NCBI GenBank assembly: GCA_964016885.1
Contig: OZ024742.1
Coordinates: 222,952,001-223,016,000 of the forward strand
Reading direction: 5' to 3'
DNA length: 64,000 nucleotides
Source of the DNA: Eledone cirrhosa
Lineage: Eukaryota
In this document: one piece after another, positions 1 to 14,400 of the stretch
Layout: each line of letters begins with the position of its first letter
Position numbering within the stretch: the first letter of the stretch is position 1
Program-made: the position numbers and the translations under genes
The notes under the pieces: generated by a model
Told to the model about the DNA's origin: nothing
Database searches by the model: none
What the model saw: only the letters and a program-made list of their open reading frames with translations

Positions 1-1814
1 TACAGAAACTCTTCTTCTGTCTGGTAACTATAGTGAAAGAAGCTGTATGGTAGACATGGATGCACAGAAACTCTTCATTCTGTCTGGTAACTATAGTGAA
101 AGAAGCTGTATGGTAGACATGGATGTACAGAAACTCTTCTTCTGTCTGGTAGCTATAGTGAAAGAAGCTGTATGGTAGACATGGATGTACAGAAACTCTT
201 CCTCTGCCTGGTAACTATAGTGAAAGAAGCTGTATGGTAGACATGGATGTACAGAAACTCTTCTTCTGTCTGGTAACTATAGTGAAAGAAGCTGTATGGT
301 AGACATGGATGTACAGAAACTCTTCTTCTGTCTGGTAACTATAGTGAAAGAAGCTGTATGGTAGACATGGATGTACAGAAACTCTTCTTCTGTCTGGTAA
401 CTATAGTGAAAGAAGCTGTATGGTAGACATGGATGTACAGAAACTCTTCTTCTGTCTGGTAGCTATAGTGAAAGAAGCTGTATGGTAGACATGGATGTAC
501 AGAAACTCTTTTGCCTGGCAGCTATAGTGAAAGAAGCTGTATGGTAGACATGGATGTACAGAAACTCTTCTTCTGTCTGGTAACTATAGTGAAAGAAGCT
601 GTATGGTAGACATGGATGTACAGAAACTCTTCTTCTGTCTGGTAACTATAGTGAAAGAAGCTGTATGGTAGACATGGATGTACAGAAACTCTTCTTCTGT
701 CTGGTAACTATAGTGAAAGAAGCTGTATGGTAGACATGGATGCACAGAAACTCTTCTTCTGTCTGGTAACTATAGTGAAAGAAGCTGTATGGTAGACATG
801 GATGCACAGAAACTCTTCATTCTGTCTGGTAACTATAGTGAAAGAAGCTGTATGGTAGACATGGATGTACAGAAACTCTTCTTCTGTCTGGTAACTATAG
901 TGAAAGAAGCTGTATGGTAGACATGGATGTACAGAAACTCTTTTGCCTGGCAGCTATAGTGAAAGAAGCTGTATGGTAGACATGGATGTACAGAAACTCT
1001 TCTTCTGTCTGGTAGCTATAGTGAAAGAAGCTGTATGGTAGACATGGATGTACAGAAACTCTTCCTCTGCCCGGTAGCTATAGTGAAAGAAGCTGTATGG
1101 TAGACATGGATGTACAGAAACTCTTCCTCTGCCTGGTAACTATAGTGAAAGAAGCTGTATGGTAGACATGGATGTACAGAAACTCTTCTTCCGTCTGGTA
1201 GCTATAGTGAAAGAAGCTGTATGGTAGACATGGATGTACAGAAACTCTTCTTCTGCCTGGTAGCTATAGTGAAAGAAGCTGTATGGTAGACATGGATGTA
1301 CAGAAACTCTTCTTCTGCCTGGTAACTATAGTGAAAGAAGCTGTATGGTAGACATGTATGTACAGAAACTCTTCTTCTGTCTGGTAGCTATAGTGAAAGA
1401 AGCTGTATGGTAGACATGGATGTACAGAAACTCTTCTTCTGTCTGGTAGCTATAGTGAAAGAAGCTGTATGGTAGACATGGATGTACAGAAACTCTTCTT
1501 CTGCCTGGTAACTATAGTGAAAGAAGCTGTATGGTAGACATGTATGTACAGAAACTCTTCCTCTGCCTGGTAACTATAGTGAAAGAAGCTGTATGGTAGA
1601 CATGGATGTACAGAAACTCTTCTTCCGTCTGGTAGCTATAGTGAAAGAAGCTGTATGGTAGACATGGATGTACAGAAACTCTTCTTCTGCCTGGTAGCTA
1701 TAGTGAAAGAAGCTGTATGGTAGACATGGATGTACAGAAACTCTTCTTCTGCCTGGTAACTATAGTGAAAGAAGCTGTATGGTAGACATGGATGTACACA
1801 AACTCTTCCTCTGT

Positions 1815-4800
1815 CTGGTAGCTATAGTGAAAGAAGCTGTATGGTAGACATGGATATACAGAAACTCTTCCTCTGCCCGGTAGCTATAGTGAAAGAAGCT
1901 GTATGGTAGACATGGATGTACAGAAACTCTTCTGCTGCCTGGTAGCTATAGTGAAAGAAGCTGTATGGTAGACATTGATGTACAGAAACTCTTCTTCTGT
2001 CTGGTAACTATAGTGAAAGAAGCTGTATGGTAGACATGGATGTACAGAAACTCTTCTGCTGCCTGGTAGCTATAGTGAAAGAAGCTGTATGGTAGACATT
2101 GATGTACAGAAACTCTTCTTCTCTCTGGTAGCTATAGTGAAAGAAGCTGTATGGTAGACATGGATGTACAGAAACTCTTCCTCTGCCCGGTAGCTATAGT
2201 GAAAGAAGCTGTATAGTAGACATGGATGTACAGAAACTCTTCTTCTGCCAGGTAGCTATAGTGAAAGAAGCTGTATGGTAGACATGGATGTACAGAAACT
2301 CTTCCTCTGCCTGGTAGCTATAGTGAAAGAAGCTGTATGGTAGACATGGATGTACAGAAACTCTTCTTCTGCCTGGTAGCTATAGTGAAAGAAGCTGTAT
2401 GGTAGAGATGGATGTACAGAAACTCCTCTTCTGCCTGGTAGCTATAGTGAAAGAAGCTGTATGGTAGACATGGATGTACAGAAACTCTTCTTCTGCCAGG
2501 TAGCTATAGTGAAAGAAGCTGTATGGTAGACATGGATGTACAGAAACTCTTCTTCTGCCAGGTAGCTATAGTGAAAGAAGCTGTATGGTAGACATGGATG
2601 TACAGAAACTCTTCCTCTGCCTGGTAGCTATAGTGAAAGAAGCTGTATGGTAGACATGGATGTACAGAAACTCTTCTTCTGCCTGGTAGCTATAGTGAAA
2701 GAAGCTGTATGGTAGACATGGATGTACAGAAAGTCTTCCTCTGCCAGGTAGCTATAGTGAAAGAAGCTGTATGGTAGACATGGATGTACAGAAAGTCTTC
2801 CTCTGCCAGGTAGCTATAGTGAAAGAAGCTGTATGGTAGACATGGATGTACAGAAAGTCTTCCTCTGCCAGGTAGCTATAGTGAAAGAAGCTGTATGGTA
2901 GACATGGATGTACAGAAACTCTTCTTCTGCCCGGTAGCTATAGTGAAAGAAGCTGTATGGTAGACATGGATGTACAGAAACTCTTCCTCTGCCCGGTAGC
3001 TATAGTGAAAGAAGCTGTATGGTAGACATGGATGTACAGAAAGTCTTCCTCTGCCAGGTAGCTATAGTGAAAGAAGCTGTATGGTAGACATGGATGTACA
3101 GAAACTCTTCTTCTGCCTGGTAGCTATAGTGAAAGAAGCTGTATGGTAGACATGGATGTACAGAAACTCTTCCTCTGCCTGGTAGCTATAGTGAAAGAAG
3201 CTGTATGGTAGACATGGATGTCCAGAAACTCTTCTTCTGCCTGGTAGCTATAGTGAAAGAAGCTGTATGGTAGACATGGATGTACAGAAGGTCTTCTGTC
3301 TGGTAGCTATAGTGAAAGAAGCTGTATGGTAGACATGGATGTACAGGAACTCTTCTTCTGTCTGGTGGCTATAGTGAGAGAAGCTGTATGGTAGACATGG
3401 ATGTACAGAAAGTCTTCTGTCTGGTAGCTATAGTGAAAGAAGCTGTATGGTAGACATGGATGTACAGGAACTCTTCTTCTGTCTGGTCGCTATAGTGAAA
3501 GAAGCTGTATGGTAGACATGGATGTACGGAAACTCTTCTTCTGCCTGGTAGCTATAGTGAAAGAAACTGTATGGTAGACATGGATGTACAGAAAGTCTTC
3601 TTCTGCCTGGTAGCTATAGTGAAAGAAGCTGTATGGTAGACATGGATGTACAGAAACTCTTCTTCTGCCTGGTAGCTATAGTGAAAGAAGCTGTATGGTA
3701 GACATGGATGTACAGAAACTCTTCTACTGCCTGGTAGCTATAGTGAAAGAAGCTGTATGGTAGACATGGATGTACAGAAACTCTTCCTCTGCCCGGTAGC
3801 TATAGTGAAAGAAGCTGTATGGTAGACATGGATGTACAGAAACTCTTCTTCTGCCTGGTAGCTATAGTGAAATAAGCTGTATGGTAGACATGGATGCACA
3901 GAAACTCTTCATTCTGTCTGGTAACTATAGTGAAAGAAGCTGTATGGTAGACATGGATGTACAGAAACTCTTCTTCTGTCTGGTAACTATAGTGAAAGAA
4001 GCTGTATGGTAGACATGGATGTACAGAAACTCTTCTTCTGTCTGGTAACTATAGTGAAAGAAGCTGTATGGTAGACATGGATGTACAGAAACTCTTCTGC
4101 TGCCTGGTAGCTATAGTGAAAGAAGCTGTATGGTAGACATGGATGTACAGAAACTCTTGTTCTGACTGGTAGCTATAGTGAAAGAAGCTGTATGGTAGAC
4201 ATGGATGTACAGAAACTCTTCTTCTGTCTGGTAACTATAGTGAAAGAAGCTGTATGGTAGACATGGATGTTCAGAAAATCTTCCTCTGCCCGGTAGCTAT
4301 AGTGAAAGAAGCTGTATGGTAGACATGGATGTACAGAAACTCTTCCTCTGTCTGGTAGCTATAGTGAAAGAAGCTGTATGGTAGACATGGATGTACAGAA
4401 ACTCCTCTTCTGCCTGGTAGCTATAGTGAAAGAAGCTGTATGGTAGACATGGATGTACAGAAACTCTTCTTCTGCCCGGTAGCTATAGTGAAAGAAGCTG
4501 TATGGTAGACATGGATGTACAGAAACTCTTCTTCTGCCTGGTAGCTATAGTGAAAGAAGCTGTATGGTAGACATGGATGTACAGAAACTCTTCTTCTGCC
4601 TGGTAGCTATAGTGAAAGAAGCTGTATGGTAGACATTGATGTACAGAAACTCTTCTTCTGCCTGGTAGCTATAGTGAAATAAGCTGTATGGTAGACATGG
4701 ATGTACAGAAACTCTTCTTCCGTCTGGTAACTATAGTGAAAGAAGCTGTATGGTAGACATGGATGTACAGAAACTCTTCTTCTGTCTGGTAACTATAGTC

Positions 4801-7800
4801 AAAGAAGCTGTATGGTAGACATGGATGTACAGAAACTCTTCTTCTGCCTGGTAGCTATAGTGAAAGAAGCTGTATGGTAGACATGGATTTACAGAAACTC
4901 TTTTGCCTGGCAGCTATAGTGAAAGAAGCTGTATGGTAGACATGATTGTACAGAAACTCTTCTTCTGCCTGGTAGCTATAGTGAAAGAAGCTGTATCGTA
5001 GACATGGATGTACAGAAACTCTTTTGCCTGGCAGCTATAGTGAAAGAAGCTGTATGGTAGACATTGATGTACAGAAACTCTTCTTCTGCCTGGTAGCTAT
5101 AGTGAAAGAAGCTGTATGGTAGACATGGATGTACAGAAACTCTTCCTCTGCTTGGGAGCTATAGTGAAATAAGCTGTATGGTAGACATGGATGCACAGAA
5201 ACTCTTCATTCTGTCTGGTATCTATAGTGAAAGAAGCTGTATGGTAGACATGGATGTACAGAAACTCTTCCTCTGCCTGGTAGCTATAGTGAAAGAAGCT
5301 GTATGGTAGACATGGATGTACAGAAACTCTTCCTCTGCCTGGTAGCTATAGTGAAATAAGCTGTATGGTAGACATGGATGTACAGAAACTCTTCTTCCGT
5401 CTGGTAACTATAGTGAAAGAAGCTGTATGGTAGACATGGATGTACAGAAACTCTTCTTCTGTCTGGTAACTATAGTCAAAGAAGCTGTATGGTAGACATG
5501 GATGTACAGAAACTCTTCTTCTGCCTGGTAGCTATAGTGAAAGAAGCTGTATGGTAGACATGGATGTACAGAAACTCTTTTGCCTGGCAGCTATAGTGAA
5601 AGAAGCTGTATGGTAGACATTGATGTACAGAAACTCTTCTTCTGCCTGGTAGCTATAGTGAAAGAAGCTGTATGGTAGACATGGATGTACAGAAACTCTT
5701 CCTCTGCTTGGTAGCTATAGTGAAATAAGCTGTATGGTAGACATGGATACACAGAAACTCTTCATTCTGTCTGGTAACTATAGTGAAAGAAGCTGTATGG
5801 TAGACATGGATGTACAGAAACTCTTCCTCTGCCTGGTAGCTATAGTGAAAGAAGCTGTATGGTAGACATGGATGTACAGAAAATCTTCCTCTGCCTGGTA
5901 GCTATAGTGAAATAAGCTGTATGGTAGACATGGATGTACAGAAACTCTTCTTCCGTCTGGTAACTATAGTGAAAGAAGCTGTATGGTAGACATGGATGTA
6001 CAGAAACTCTTCTTCTGTCTGGTAACTATAGTGAAAGAAGCTGTATGGTAGACATGGATGTACAGAAACTCTTTTTCCGTCTGGTAACTATAGTGAAAGA
6101 AGCTGTATGGTAGACATGGATGTACAGAAACTCTTCTTCTGCCCGGTAGCTATAGTGAAAGAAGCTGTATGGTAGACATGGATATACAGAAACTCTTCTT
6201 CTGCCAGGTAGCTATAGTGAAAGAAGCTGTATGGTAGACATGGATGTACAGAAACTCTTCTTCTGCCCGGTAGCTATAGTGAAAGAAGCTGTATGGTAGA
6301 CATGGATATACAGAAACTCTTCTTCTGCCAGGTAGCTATAGTGAAAGAAGCTGTATGGTAGACATGGATGTACAGAAACTCTTCTTCTGCCCGGTAGCTA
6401 TAGTGAAAGAAGCTGTATGGTAGACATGGATATACAGAAACTCTTCTTCTGCCAGGTAGCTATAGTGAAAGAAGCTGTATGGTAGACATGGATGTACAGA
6501 AACTCTTCTTCTGCCCGGTAGCTATAGTGAAAGAAGCTGTATGGTAGACATGGATGTACAGAAAGTCTTCCTCTGCCAGGTAGCTATAGTGAAAGAAGCT
6601 GTATGGTAGACATGGATGTACAGAAACTCTTCTTCCGTCTGGTAGCTATAGTGAAAGAAGCTGTATGGTAGACATGGATGTACAGAAACTCTTCTTCTGC
6701 CTGGTAGCTATAGTGAAAGAAGCTGTATGGTAGACATGGATGTACAGAAACTCTTCTTCTGCCTGGTAGCTATAGTGAAAGAAGCTGTATGGTAGACATG
6801 GATATACAGAAACTCTTCCTCTGCCCGGTAGCTATAGTGAAAGAAGCTGTATGGTAGACATGGATGTACAGAAACTCTTCTGCTGCCTGGTAGCTATAGT
6901 GAAAGAAGCTGTATGGTAGACATTGATGTACAGAAACTCTTCTTCTGTCTGGTAACTATAGTGAAAGAAGCTGTATGGTAGACATGGATGTACAGAAACT
7001 CTTCTGCTGCCTGGTAGCTATAGTGAAAGAAGCTGTATGGTAGACATTGATGTACAGAAACTCTTCTTCTCTCTGGTAGCTATAGTGAAAGAAGCTGTAT
7101 GGTAGACATGGATGTACAGAAACTCTTCCTCTGCCCGGTAGCTATAGTGAAAGAAGCTGTATAGTAGACATGGATGTACAGAAACTCTTCTTCTGCCAGG
7201 TAGCTATAGTGAAAGAAGCTGTATGGTAGACATGGATGTACAGAAACTCTTCCTCTGCCTGGTAGCTATAGTGAAAGAAGCTGTATGGTAGACATGGATG
7301 TACAGAAACTCTTCTTCTGCCTGGTAGCTATAGTGAAAGAAGCTGTATGGTAGAGATGGATGTACAGAAACTCCTCTTCTGCCTGGTAGCTATAGTGAAA
7401 GAAGCTGTATGGTAGACATGGATGTACAGAAACTCTTCTTCTGCCAGGTAGCTATAGTGAAAGAAGCTGTATGGTAGACATGGATGTACAGAAACTCTTC
7501 TTCTGCCAGGTAGCTATAGTGAAAGAAGCTGTATGGTAGACATGGATGTACAGAAACTCTTCCTCTGCCTGGTAGCTATAGTGAAAGAAGCTGTATGGTA
7601 GACATGGATGTACAGAAACTCTTCTTCTGCCTGGTAGCTATAGTGAAAGAAGCTGTATGGTAGACATGGATGTACAGAAAGTCTTCCTCTGCCAGGTAGC
7701 TATAGTGAAAGAAGCTGTATGGTAGACATGGATGTACAGAAAGTCTTCCTCTGCCAGGTAGCTATAGTGAAAGAAGCTGTATGGTAGACATGGATGTACA

Positions 7801-10800
7801 GAAAGTCTTCCTCTGCCAGGTAGCTATAGTGAAAGAAGCTGTATGGTAGACATGGATGTACAGAAACTCTTCTTCTGCCCGGTAGCTATAGTGAAAGAAG
7901 CTGTATGGTAGACATGGATGTACAGAAACTCTTCCTCTGCCCGGTAGCTATAGTGAAAGAAGCTGTATGGTAGACATGGATGTACAGAAAGTCTTCCTCT
8001 GCCAGGTAGCTATAGTGAAAGAAGCTGTATGGTAGACATGGATGTACAGAAACTCTTCTTCTGCCTGGTAGCTATAGTGAAAGAAGCTGTATGGTAGACA
8101 TGGATGTACAGAAACTCTTCCTCTGCCTGGTAGCTATAGTGAAAGAAGCTGTATGGTAGACATGGATGTCCAGAAACTCTTCTTCTGCCTGGTAGCTATA
8201 GTGAAAGAAGCTGTATGGTAGACATGGATGTACAGAAGGTCTTCTGTCTGGTAGCTATAGTGAAAGAAGCTGTATGGTAGACATGGATGTACAGGAACTC
8301 TTCTTCTGTCTGGTGGCTATAGTGAGAGAAGCTGTATGGTAGACATGGATGTACAGAAAGTCTTCTGTCTGGTAGCTATAGTGAAAGAAGCTGTATGGTA
8401 GACATGGATGTACAGGAACTCTTCTTCTGTCTGGTCGCTATAGTGAAAGAAGCTGTATGGTAGACATGGATGTACGGAAACTCTTCTTCTGCCTGGTAGC
8501 TATAGTGAAAGAAACTGTATGGTAGACATGGATGTACAGAAAGTCTTCTTCTGCCTGGTAGCTATAGTGAAAGAAGCTGTATGGTAGACATGGATGTACA
8601 GAAACTCTTCTTCTGCCTGGTAGCTATAGTGAAAGAAGCTGTATGGTAGACATGGATGTACAGAAACTCTTCTACTGCCTGGTAGCTATAGTGAAAGAAG
8701 CTGTATGGTAGACATGGATGTACAGAAACTCTTCCTCTGCCCGGTAGCTATAGTGAAAGAAGCTGTATGGTAGACATGGATGTACAGAAACTCTTCTTCT
8801 GCCTGGTAGCTATAGTGAAATAAGCTGTATGGTAGACATGGATGCACAGAAACTCTTCATTCTGTCTGGTAACTATAGTGAAAGAAGCTGTATGGTAGAC
8901 ATGGATGTACAGAAACTCTTCTTCTGTCTGGTAACTATAGTGAAAGAAGCTGTATGGTAGACATGGATGTACAGAAACTCTTCTTCTGTCTGGTAACTAT
9001 AGTGAAAGAAGCTGTATGGTAGACATGGATGTACAGAAACTCTTCTGCTGCCTGGTAGCTATAGTGAAAGAAGCTGTATGGTAGACATGGATGTACAGAA
9101 ACTCTTGTTCTGACTGGTAGCTATAGTGAAAGAAGCTGTATGGTAGACATGGATGTACAGAAACTCTTCTTCTGTCTGGTAACTATAGTGAAAGAAGCTG
9201 TATGGTAGACATGGATGTTCAGAAAATCTTCCTCTGCCCGGTAGCTATAGTGAAAGAAGCTGTATGGTAGACATGGATGTACAGAAACTCTTCCTCTGTC
9301 TGGTAGCTATAGTGAAAGAAGCTGTATGGTAGACATGGATGTACAGAAACTCCTCTTCTGCCTGGTAGCTATAGTGAAAGAAGCTGTATGGTAGACATGG
9401 ATGTACAGAAACTCTTCTTCTGCCCGGTAGCTATAGTGAAAGAAGCTGTATGGTAGACATGGATGTACAGAAACTCTTCTTCTGCCTGGTAGCTATAGTG
9501 AAAGAAGCTGTATGGTAGACATGGATGTACAGAAACTCTTCTTCTGCCTGGTAGCTATAGTGAAAGAAGCTGTATGGTAGACATTGATGTACAGAAACTC
9601 TTCTTCTGCCTGGTAGCTATAGTGAAATAAGCTGTATGGTAGACATGGATGTACAGAAACTCTTCTTCCGTCTGGTAACTATAGTGAAAGAAGCTGTATG
9701 GTAGACATGGATGTACAGAAACTCTTCTTCTGTCTGGTAACTATAGTCAAAGAAGCTGTATGGTAGACATGGATGTACAGAAACTCTTCTTCTGCCTGGT
9801 AGCTATAGTGAAAGAAGCTGTATGGTAGACATGGATTTACAGAAACTCTTTTGCCTGGCAGCTATAGTGAAAGAAGCTGTATGGTAGACATGATTGTACA
9901 GAAACTCTTCTTCTGCCTGGTAGCTATAGTGAAAGAAGCTGTATCGTAGACATGGATGTACAGAAACTCTTTTGCCTGGCAGCTATAGTGAAAGAAGCTG
10001 TATGGTAGACATTGATGTACAGAAACTCTTCTTCTGCCTGGTAGCTATAGTGAAAGAAGCTGTATGGTAGACATGGATGTACAGAAACTCTTCCTCTGCT
10101 TGGGAGCTATAGTGAAATAAGCTGTATGGTAGACATGGATGCACAGAAACTCTTCATTCTGTCTGGTATCTATAGTGAAAGAAGCTGTATGGTAGACATG
10201 GATGTACAGAAACTCTTCCTCTGCCTGGTAGCTATAGTGAAAGAAGCTGTATGGTAGACATGGATGTACAGAAACTCTTCTTCCGTCTGGTAACTATAGT
10301 GAAAGAAGCTGTATGGTAGACATGGATGTACAGAAACTCTTCTTCTGTCTGGTAACTATAGTCAAAGAAGCTGTATGGTAGACATGGATGTACAGAAACT
10401 CTTCTTCTGCCTGGTAGCTATAGTGAAAGAAGCTGTATGGTAGACATGGATGTACAGAAACTCTTTTGCCTGGCAGCTATAGTGAAAGAAGCTGTATGGT
10501 AGACATTGATGTACAGAAACTCTTCTTCTGCCTGGTAGCTATAGTGAAAGAAGCTGTATGGTAGACATGGATGTACAGAAACTCTTCCTCTGCTTGGTAG
10601 CTATAGTGAAATAAGCTGTATGGTAGACATGGATGCACAGAAACTCTTCATTCTGTCTGGTAACTATAGTGAAAGAAGCTGTATGGTAGACATGGATGTA
10701 CAGAAACTCTTCCTCTGCCTGGTAGCTATAGTGAAAGAAGCTGTATGGTAGACATGGATGTACAGAAAATCTTCCTCTGCCTGGTAGCTATAGTGAAATA

Positions 10801-11466
10801 AGCTGTATGGTAGACATGGATGTACAGAAACTCTTCTTCCGTCTGGTAACTATAGTGAAAGAAGCTGTATGGTAGACATGGATGTACAGAAACTCTTCTT
10901 CTGTCTGGTAACTATAGTGAAAGAAGCTGTATGGTAGACATGGATGTACAGAAACTCTTTTTCCGTCTGGTAACTATAGTGAAAGAAGCTGTATGGTAGA
11001 CATGGATGTACAGAAACTCTTCTTCTGCCCGGTAGCTATAGTGAAAGAAGCTGTATGGTAGACATGGATATACAGAAACTCTTCTTCTGCCAGGTAGCTA
11101 TAGTGAAAGAAGCTGTATGGTAGACATGGATGTACAGAAACTCTTCTTCTGCCCGGTAGCTATAGTGAAAGAAGCTGTATGGTAGACATGGATATACAGA
11201 AACTCTTCTTCTGCCAGGTAGCTATAGTGAAAGAAGCTGTATGGTAGACATGGATGTACAGAAACTCTTCTTCTGCCCGGTAGCTATAGTGAAAGAAGCT
11301 GTATGGTAGACATGGATATACAGAAACTCTTCTTCTGCCAGGTAGCTATAGTGAAAGAAGCTGTATGGTAGACATGGATGTACAGAAACTCTTCTTCTGC
11401 CCGGTAGCTATAGTGAAAGAAGCTGTATGGTAGACATGGATGTACAGAAAGTCTTCCTCTGCCAGG
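1815..11466. repeat. Higher-order tandem duplication inside the satellite, period 4948 bp (about 80 monomers)
   Basis: Rare variants recur at a fixed offset of 4948: GATATACAG 1853/6801, GAAGGTC 3287/8235, TACGGAA 3527/8475, CTTGGGAG 5151/10099. The offset then drops to 4886 (one monomer fewer): CTTTTTCCG 6071/10957. Confidence 0.93.
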
Positions 11467-14400
11467 AAGCTATAGTGAAAGAAGCTGTATGGTAGACATG
11501 GATGTACAGAAACTCTTCCTCTGCCCGGTAGCTATAGTGAAAGAAGCTGTATAGTAGACATGGATGTACAGAAACTCTTCTTCTGCCTGGTAGCTATAGT
11601 GAAAGAAGCTGTATGGTAGACATGGATGTACAGAAACTCTTCTTCTGCCTGGTAGCTATAGTGAAAGAAGCTGTATGGTAGAGATGGATGTACAGAAAGT
11701 CTTCCTCTGCCCGGTAGCTATAGTGAAAGAAGCTGTATGGTAGACATGGATGTACAGAAAGTCTTCCTCTGCCAGGTAGCTATAGTGAAAGAAGCTGTAT
11801 GGTAGACATGGATGTACAGAAACTCTTCTTCTGCCTGGTAGCTATAGTGAAAGAAGCTGTATGGTAGACATGGATGTACAGAAACTCTTCTGCTGCCTGG
11901 TAGCTATAGTGAAAGAAGCTGTATGGTAGACATGGATGTACAGAAACTCTTCTTCTGCCCGGTAGCTATAGTGAAAGAAGCTGTATGGTAGACATGGATG
12001 TACAGAAACTCTTCCTCTGCCCGGTAGCTATAGTGAAAGAAGCTGTATGGTAGACATGGATGTACAGAAACTCTTCTTCTGCCTGGTAGCTATAGTGAAA
12101 GAAGCTGTATGGTAGACATGGATGTACAGAAACTCTTCTTCTGCCTGGTAGCTATAGTGAAAGAAGCTGTATGGTAGACATGGATGTACAGAAACTCTTC
12201 TGCTGCCAGGTAGCTATAGTGAAAGAAGCTGTATGGTAGACATGGATGTACAGAAACTCTTCCTCTGCCCGGTAGCTATAGTGAAAGAAGCTGTATGGTA
12301 GACATGGATGTACAGAAAGTCTTCCTCTGCCCGGTAGCTATAGTGAAAGAAGCTGTATGGTAGACATGGATGCACAGAAACTCTTCATTCTGTCTGGTAG
12401 CTATAGTGAAAGAAGCTGTATGGTAGACATGGATGCACAGAAACTCTTCATTCTGTCTGGTAACTATAGTGAAAGAAGCTGTATGGTAGACATGGATGTA
12501 CAGAAACTCTTCTTCTGTCTGGTAACTATAGTGAAAGAAGCTGTATGGTAGACATGGATGTACAGAAACTCTTCTTCTGTCTGGTAACTATAGTGAAAGA
12601 AGCTGTATGGTAGACATGGATGTACAGAAACTCTTCTTCTGACTGGTAGCTATAGTGAAAGAAGCTGTATGGTAGACATGGATGTACAGAAACTCTTCTT
12701 CTGCCTGGTAGCTATAGTGAAAGAAGCTGTATGGTAGACATGGATGTACAGAAACTCTTCCTCTGCCCGGTAGCTATAGTGAAAGAAGCTGTATGGTAGA
12801 CATGGATGTACAGAAACTCTTTTGCCTGGTAGCTATAGTGAAAGAAGCTGTATGGTAGACATGGATGTACAGAAACTATTCCTCTGTCTGGTAGCTATAG
12901 TGAAAGAAGCTGTATGGTAGACATGGATGTACAGAAACTCCTCTTCTGCCTGGTAGCTATAGTGAAAGAAGCTGTATGGTAGACATGGATGTACAGAAAC
13001 TCTTCTTCTGTCTGGTAACTATAGTGAAAGAAGCTGTATGGTAGACATGGATGTTCAGAAAATCTTCCTCTGCCCGGTAGCTATAGTGAAAGAAGCTGTA
13101 TGGTAGACATGGATGTACAGAAACTATTCCTCTGTCTGGTAGCTATAGTGAAAGAAGCTGTATGGTAGACATGGATGTACAGAAACTCCTCTTCTGCCTG
13201 GTAGCTATAGTGAAAGAAGCTGTATGGTAGACATAGATGTACAGAAACTCTTCTTCTGTCTGGTAACTATAGTGAAAGAAGCTGTATGGTAGACATGGAT
13301 GTTCAGAAAATCTTCCTCTGCCCGGTAGCTATAGTGAAAGAAGCTGTATGGTAGACATGGATGTACAGAAACTATTCCTCTGTCTGGTAGCTATAGTGAA
13401 AGAAGCTGTATGGTAGACATGGATGTACAGAAACTCCTCTTCTGCCTGGTAGCTATAGTGAAAGAAGCTGTATGGTAGACATGGATGTACAGAAACTCTT
13501 CTGCTGCCTGGTAGCTATAGTGAAAGAAGCTGTATGGTAGACATGGATGTACAGAAACTCTTCCTCTGCCCGGTAGCTATAGTGAAAGAAGCTGTATGGT
13601 AGACATGGATGTACAGAAACTCTTCTTCTGCCTGGTAGCTATAGTGAAAGAAGCTGTATGGTAGACATGGATGTACAGAAACTCTTCTTCTGCCTGGTAG
13701 CTATAGTGAAAGAAGCTGTATGGTAGACATGGATGTACAGAAACTCTTCCTCTGCCCGGTAGCTATAGTGAAAGAAGCTGTATGGTAGACATGGATGTAC
13801 AGAAAGTCTTCCTCTGCCCGGTAGCTATAGTGAAAGAAGCTGTATGGTAGACATGGATGCACAGAAACTCTTCATTCTGTCTGGTAGCTATAGTGAAAGA
13901 AGCTGTATGGTAGACATGGATGCACAGAAACTCTTCATTCTGTCTGGTAACTATAGTGAAAGAAGCTGTATGGTAGACATGGATGTACAGAAACTCTTCT
14001 TCTGTCTGGTAACTATAGTGAAAGAAGCTGTATGGTAGACATGGATGTACAGAAACTCTTCTTCTGACTGGTAGCTATAGTGAAAGAAGCTGTATGGTAG
14101 ACATGGATGTACAGAAACTCTTCTTCTGCCTGGTAGCTATAGTGAAAGAAGCTGTATGGTAGACATGGATGTACAGAAACTCTTCCTCTGCCCGGTAGCT
14201 ATAGTGAAAGAAGCTGTATGGTAGACATGGATGTACAGAAACTCTTTTGCCTGGTAGCTATAGTGAAAGAAGCTGTATGGTAGACATGGATGTACAGAAA
14301 CTATTCCTCTGTCTGGTAGCTATAGTGAAAGAAGCTGTATGGTAGACATGGATGTACAGAAACTCCTCTTCTGCCTGGTAGCTATAGTGAAAGAAGCTGT

